This document shows, piece after piece, positions 61,685 through 64,000 of a stretch of 64,000 nucleotides of DNA (its first letter is position 1; each line of letters begins with the position of its first letter). The notes beneath the pieces are model-generated. The model was not told where the DNA came from. It saw nothing but the letters and a program-made list of their open reading frames with translations, and did not search any database. The position numbers were made by a program, and so were the translations under genes. Source of the DNA: Rhodothermales bacterium (GTDB lineage Bacteria; Bacteroidota; Rhodothermia; Rhodothermales; Bin80). Where the stretch lies: the NCBI GenBank assembly GCA_022821875.1, contig JAJECV010000111.1, positions 5,072 through 69,071 on the forward strand, written 5' to 3'.

Positions 61685-63853
61685 ATGACTGAATCTGTAT
61701 CAAATAGGCCCATCGCCGACGAAAACCTGATATCTAGCATTGCCACGAAGCACGGAAATATACCAGAGACACTCTTTGTCAGTCTAACCAGTGAGACCGC
61801 CGTCGGTCAGGTGTTGCTATTGGACTATGATTCAGCCACTTTAGCTGTTCACGATTATCATAAGGAGCAGGTAGGTGGTCTAGCACGCGGTATGTTTCTG
61901 ATTTCAGGTCCCTCTCCTTCAAACGAGGGAGCCAGTTTTGTACTTATGCGGGTAGTCGGAGCGAAACGTTTAGCCAATCAGACATCTACTGATGAGGCAC
62001 GACTTACTGCTGCGCAGGAAAGTATCGGTCAGGATATCTGGTCAGATAAACTTGCCAAATGGATCGCTAACGAAATTGCTCTGGGTGGTATTGAGGCTCA
62101 TATACTTGGAACATTAACATGGAGTAGTGGGGGACTTCGGTTTGCGGAGGATACGGCCAATTATTATTCTGCGCGTGGGGCGTATGTCTGGAAACCTACG
62201 GGTCCCTTGCTTGAGAGTATCGTGAATCTGTCGCAACGGGGAAATAGCATTGATCTTTCAGGGCTGAGTAACTATGATAGATCGGATATCAGGGTTCGCG
62301 TTGCAAAGACCCGCTTCGCAGCTGCTGATGACCGAGAAAGAAGTGATGTGCATGTTCCGGTTCGGATTGATCCCACTGATCTGCTCAAGCGGCGGACAGC
62401 TTTTTTCGGAATGTCTCGAAGCGGGAAATCTAATGCGATGAAAATTACAGCCCAAGCTGTCTACATGCTCCGTAAAGAACATCCGGATTTCAGGGTGGGT
62501 CAATTGATTTTTGATCCCAATGGTGAGTATGCCCAAGACAATCCACAGGACGGACGCGGCCTCCATCGGATTCATGAGTTGGTAAATAAACCTCGGGGCG
62601 GAGAGATTGAGACCTATGGAACGTATGCTCCTCCGACCGACACTGAAAGAAAGATCACAAAGATCAATTTTTTTGGGAATCCGATTCCTCTGAACAAACG
62701 AACTGATAGGGACTATGTCGAGAAATCACTGGAGCAACTCCTTGTGGGACGTGATCTCATAAGGGAAAGGATGTCGGCAGAGACGACCCGTTTTACAAGT
62801 AATTTCCGAGATGCTGACCTTTCTATTCCGGCAAATCTCGCCGACCGTAGTGTTGCTACCCGATTTCACCGGGCTATAATGGTCCATCAAGTTGCGCTTG
62901 CTGCAGCGGGATTTGAAGCCCCTCCGTATCCCAATATCAAGGGACTGTTTGGCAAGGATTTTTGTAATGCTCTCCAGTCCAACGAGAATAGTACGTCAGA
63001 TCATGTAGACAAGTACCGCTGGGCGGGCGAAATTCTAAGAAATCCTACACCGTCTTGGGATCAACTTAAGGCTGCATTTGAGGCTGTTCACCGCTTTATT
63101 CATGATAAAACGAGTTATTATCGATCATTTGAGAAGAAATACAGTGATAGATCCAATTCTGGAGATAATTGGGTAGATGCTCGTTTGGAATCTCTTCTGT
63201 TTATCTTTGATACCCCCAATGGGGTCAGAACATTCCAGGATTTGCGTGACCAGCACTCGATAAATACATCTTCTGATTACGCGGATGATATTGTCAACGA
63301 CCTGAAAGCGGGTAAGCTCGTGATTTTTGATCAGTCAATTGGCGACCCTAAATTAAATCAGCAGGCTGCCGAACGTATCATGTGGAGGGTTTTTCGGGAA
63401 CAGCAGAAGATATTCACATCAGGTAAAAATCATCTTCCGTATCAACAGCATGTATTAGTGTACATTGAAGAGGCCCACAATCTTTTACCGCGCACTGGCA
63501 CCAGAGATGTTTTGTCTACGGTGTGGGCACGGGCAGCAAAAGAAGGTGGAAAAATGAATCTCGGAGTAGTCCTGGCCACTCAGGCACCGAGTTCGGTTCT
63601 TCCCGAGATATTGAGCGAGACTGATAATTGGTTCATCGCACACCTGAATTCAGATAACGAAGCAAGGGTGGTAGAGCGTTACTTAGACTTCGCACATTTC
63701 ATTCCTCAAATTCGCAGAGTATCAGAGCCGGGTTTTATCAGACTTCGAACCCTTTCATCAGGGTACACGGTGCCGGTTCAACTGGATCGGTTTAAACTTC
63801 CGGATCTTTTACCCGAACCGGACGCTAATACCAAAAATGAACTCTTTAGTTGA
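61685..63853 (+). CDS. HerA/FtsK-like (DUF87) ATPase
   Basis: HAS-barrel-like N-terminus; Walker A GMSRSGKS; FDPNGEY; Walker B YIEEAH; KEGGK; LATQ. Confidence 0.9.
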   Translation: MTESVSNRPIADENLISSIATKHGNIPETLFVSLTSETAVGQVLLLDYDSATLAVHDYHKEQVGGLARGMFLISGPSPSNEGASFVLMRVVGAKRLANQTSTDEARLTAAQESIGQDIWSDKLAKWIANEIALGGIEAHILGTLTWSSGGLRFAEDTANYYSARGAYVWKPTGPLLESIVNLSQRGNSIDLSGLSNYDRSDIRVRVAKTRFAAADDRERSDVHVPVRIDPTDLLKRRTAFFGMSRSGKSNAMKITAQAVYMLRKEHPDFRVGQLIFDPNGEYAQDNPQDGRGLHRIHELVNKPRGGEIETYGTYAPPTDTERKITKINFFGNPIPLNKRTDRDYVEKSLEQLLVGRDLIRERMSAETTRFTSNFRDADLSIPANLADRSVATRFHRAIMVHQVALAAAGFEAPPYPNIKGLFGKDFCNALQSNENSTSDHVDKYRWAGEILRNPTPSWDQLKAAFEAVHRFIHDKTSYYRSFEKKYSDRSNSGDNWVDARLESLLFIFDTPNGVRTFQDLRDQHSINTSSDYADDIVNDLKAGKLVIFDQSIGDPKLNQQAAERIMWRVFREQQKIFTSGKNHLPYQQHVLVYIEEAHNLLPRTGTRDVLSTVWARAAKEGGKMNLGVVLATQAPSSVLPEILSETDNWFIAHLNSDNEARVVERYLDFAHFIPQIRRVSEPGFIRLRTLSSGYTVPVQLDRFKLPDLLPEPDANTKNELFS

Positions 63854-64000
63854 TGCCCTATCCAAACGAGCGTGCTGGTTTTTTTGCTGTGGGAGATCTG
63901 GAACGTCGCCAGATTATTGAGGCATTCGGAGATCAACTTGAGCAGGGGAGCAATCTTCCGCGTGATCCCTTACCTGCTTTTGAGCCATTTCTACAGGACG
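63853..64000 (+). CDS. 5' part of HerA-coupled gene, possibly NurA-like nuclease (truncated by window)
   Basis: ATG overlaps HerA TGA; frame MPYPNERAGFFAVG.. open to window end; identity inferred from context only. Confidence 0.5.
   Translation, partial: MPYPNERAGFFAVGDLERRQIIEAFGDQLEQGSNLPRDPLPAFEPFLQD

Larger units (their letters stand above)
50900..64000. mobile_element. AT-richer defence/stress genomic island (right end outside window)
   Basis: Visible drop in GC and a run of nuclease, NTase, ImmA, Beta, E2-E1 and HerA genes; no integrase or att site seen; left boundary approximate. Confidence 0.65.

Overview
Bacterial chromosomal window, most likely Rhodothermota/Bacteroidota (T9SS C-terminal sorting domain). 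Expanded FN3/Ig and WD40 repeat proteins are consistent with a host-associated lineage such as a sponge symbiont (inference). Bases 1-50 kb are mostly core genes (htpG, eda, hisE/hisG, rpoN, ruvB, dapD, ppgK, dnaG, dnaE, katG). They are interspersed with a T9SS Ig/FN3 protein, a methyltransferase-HNH fusion, a 4-copy tandem array of a coiled-coil membrane-protein gene, a copper-type operon (RGPP leader, MbnP, MbnH, TonB receptor), a kinase-WD40 gene and an HTH-ImmA/PIN pair. RuvB and DnaE each carry a mini-intein. From about 51 kb to the end is a visibly more AT-rich defence-type island. Its most striking element is an operon, divergent from a CapH/CapP-like regulator pair, encoding a CBASS Cap2-like E2-E1 ligase with no CD-NTase and no JAB peptidase. 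The CD-NTase position is occupied by a tandem-DUF1508 (YegP-like) protein whose flexible C-terminal tail (..VQPRGGKFA) resembles the tail Cap2 conjugates on clade-D CD-NTases (..EPQKTGRFA, recalled from memory). This suggests an undescribed ubiquitin-like conjugation system using YegP as modifier. All family assignments are by motif recognition; no searches were run.
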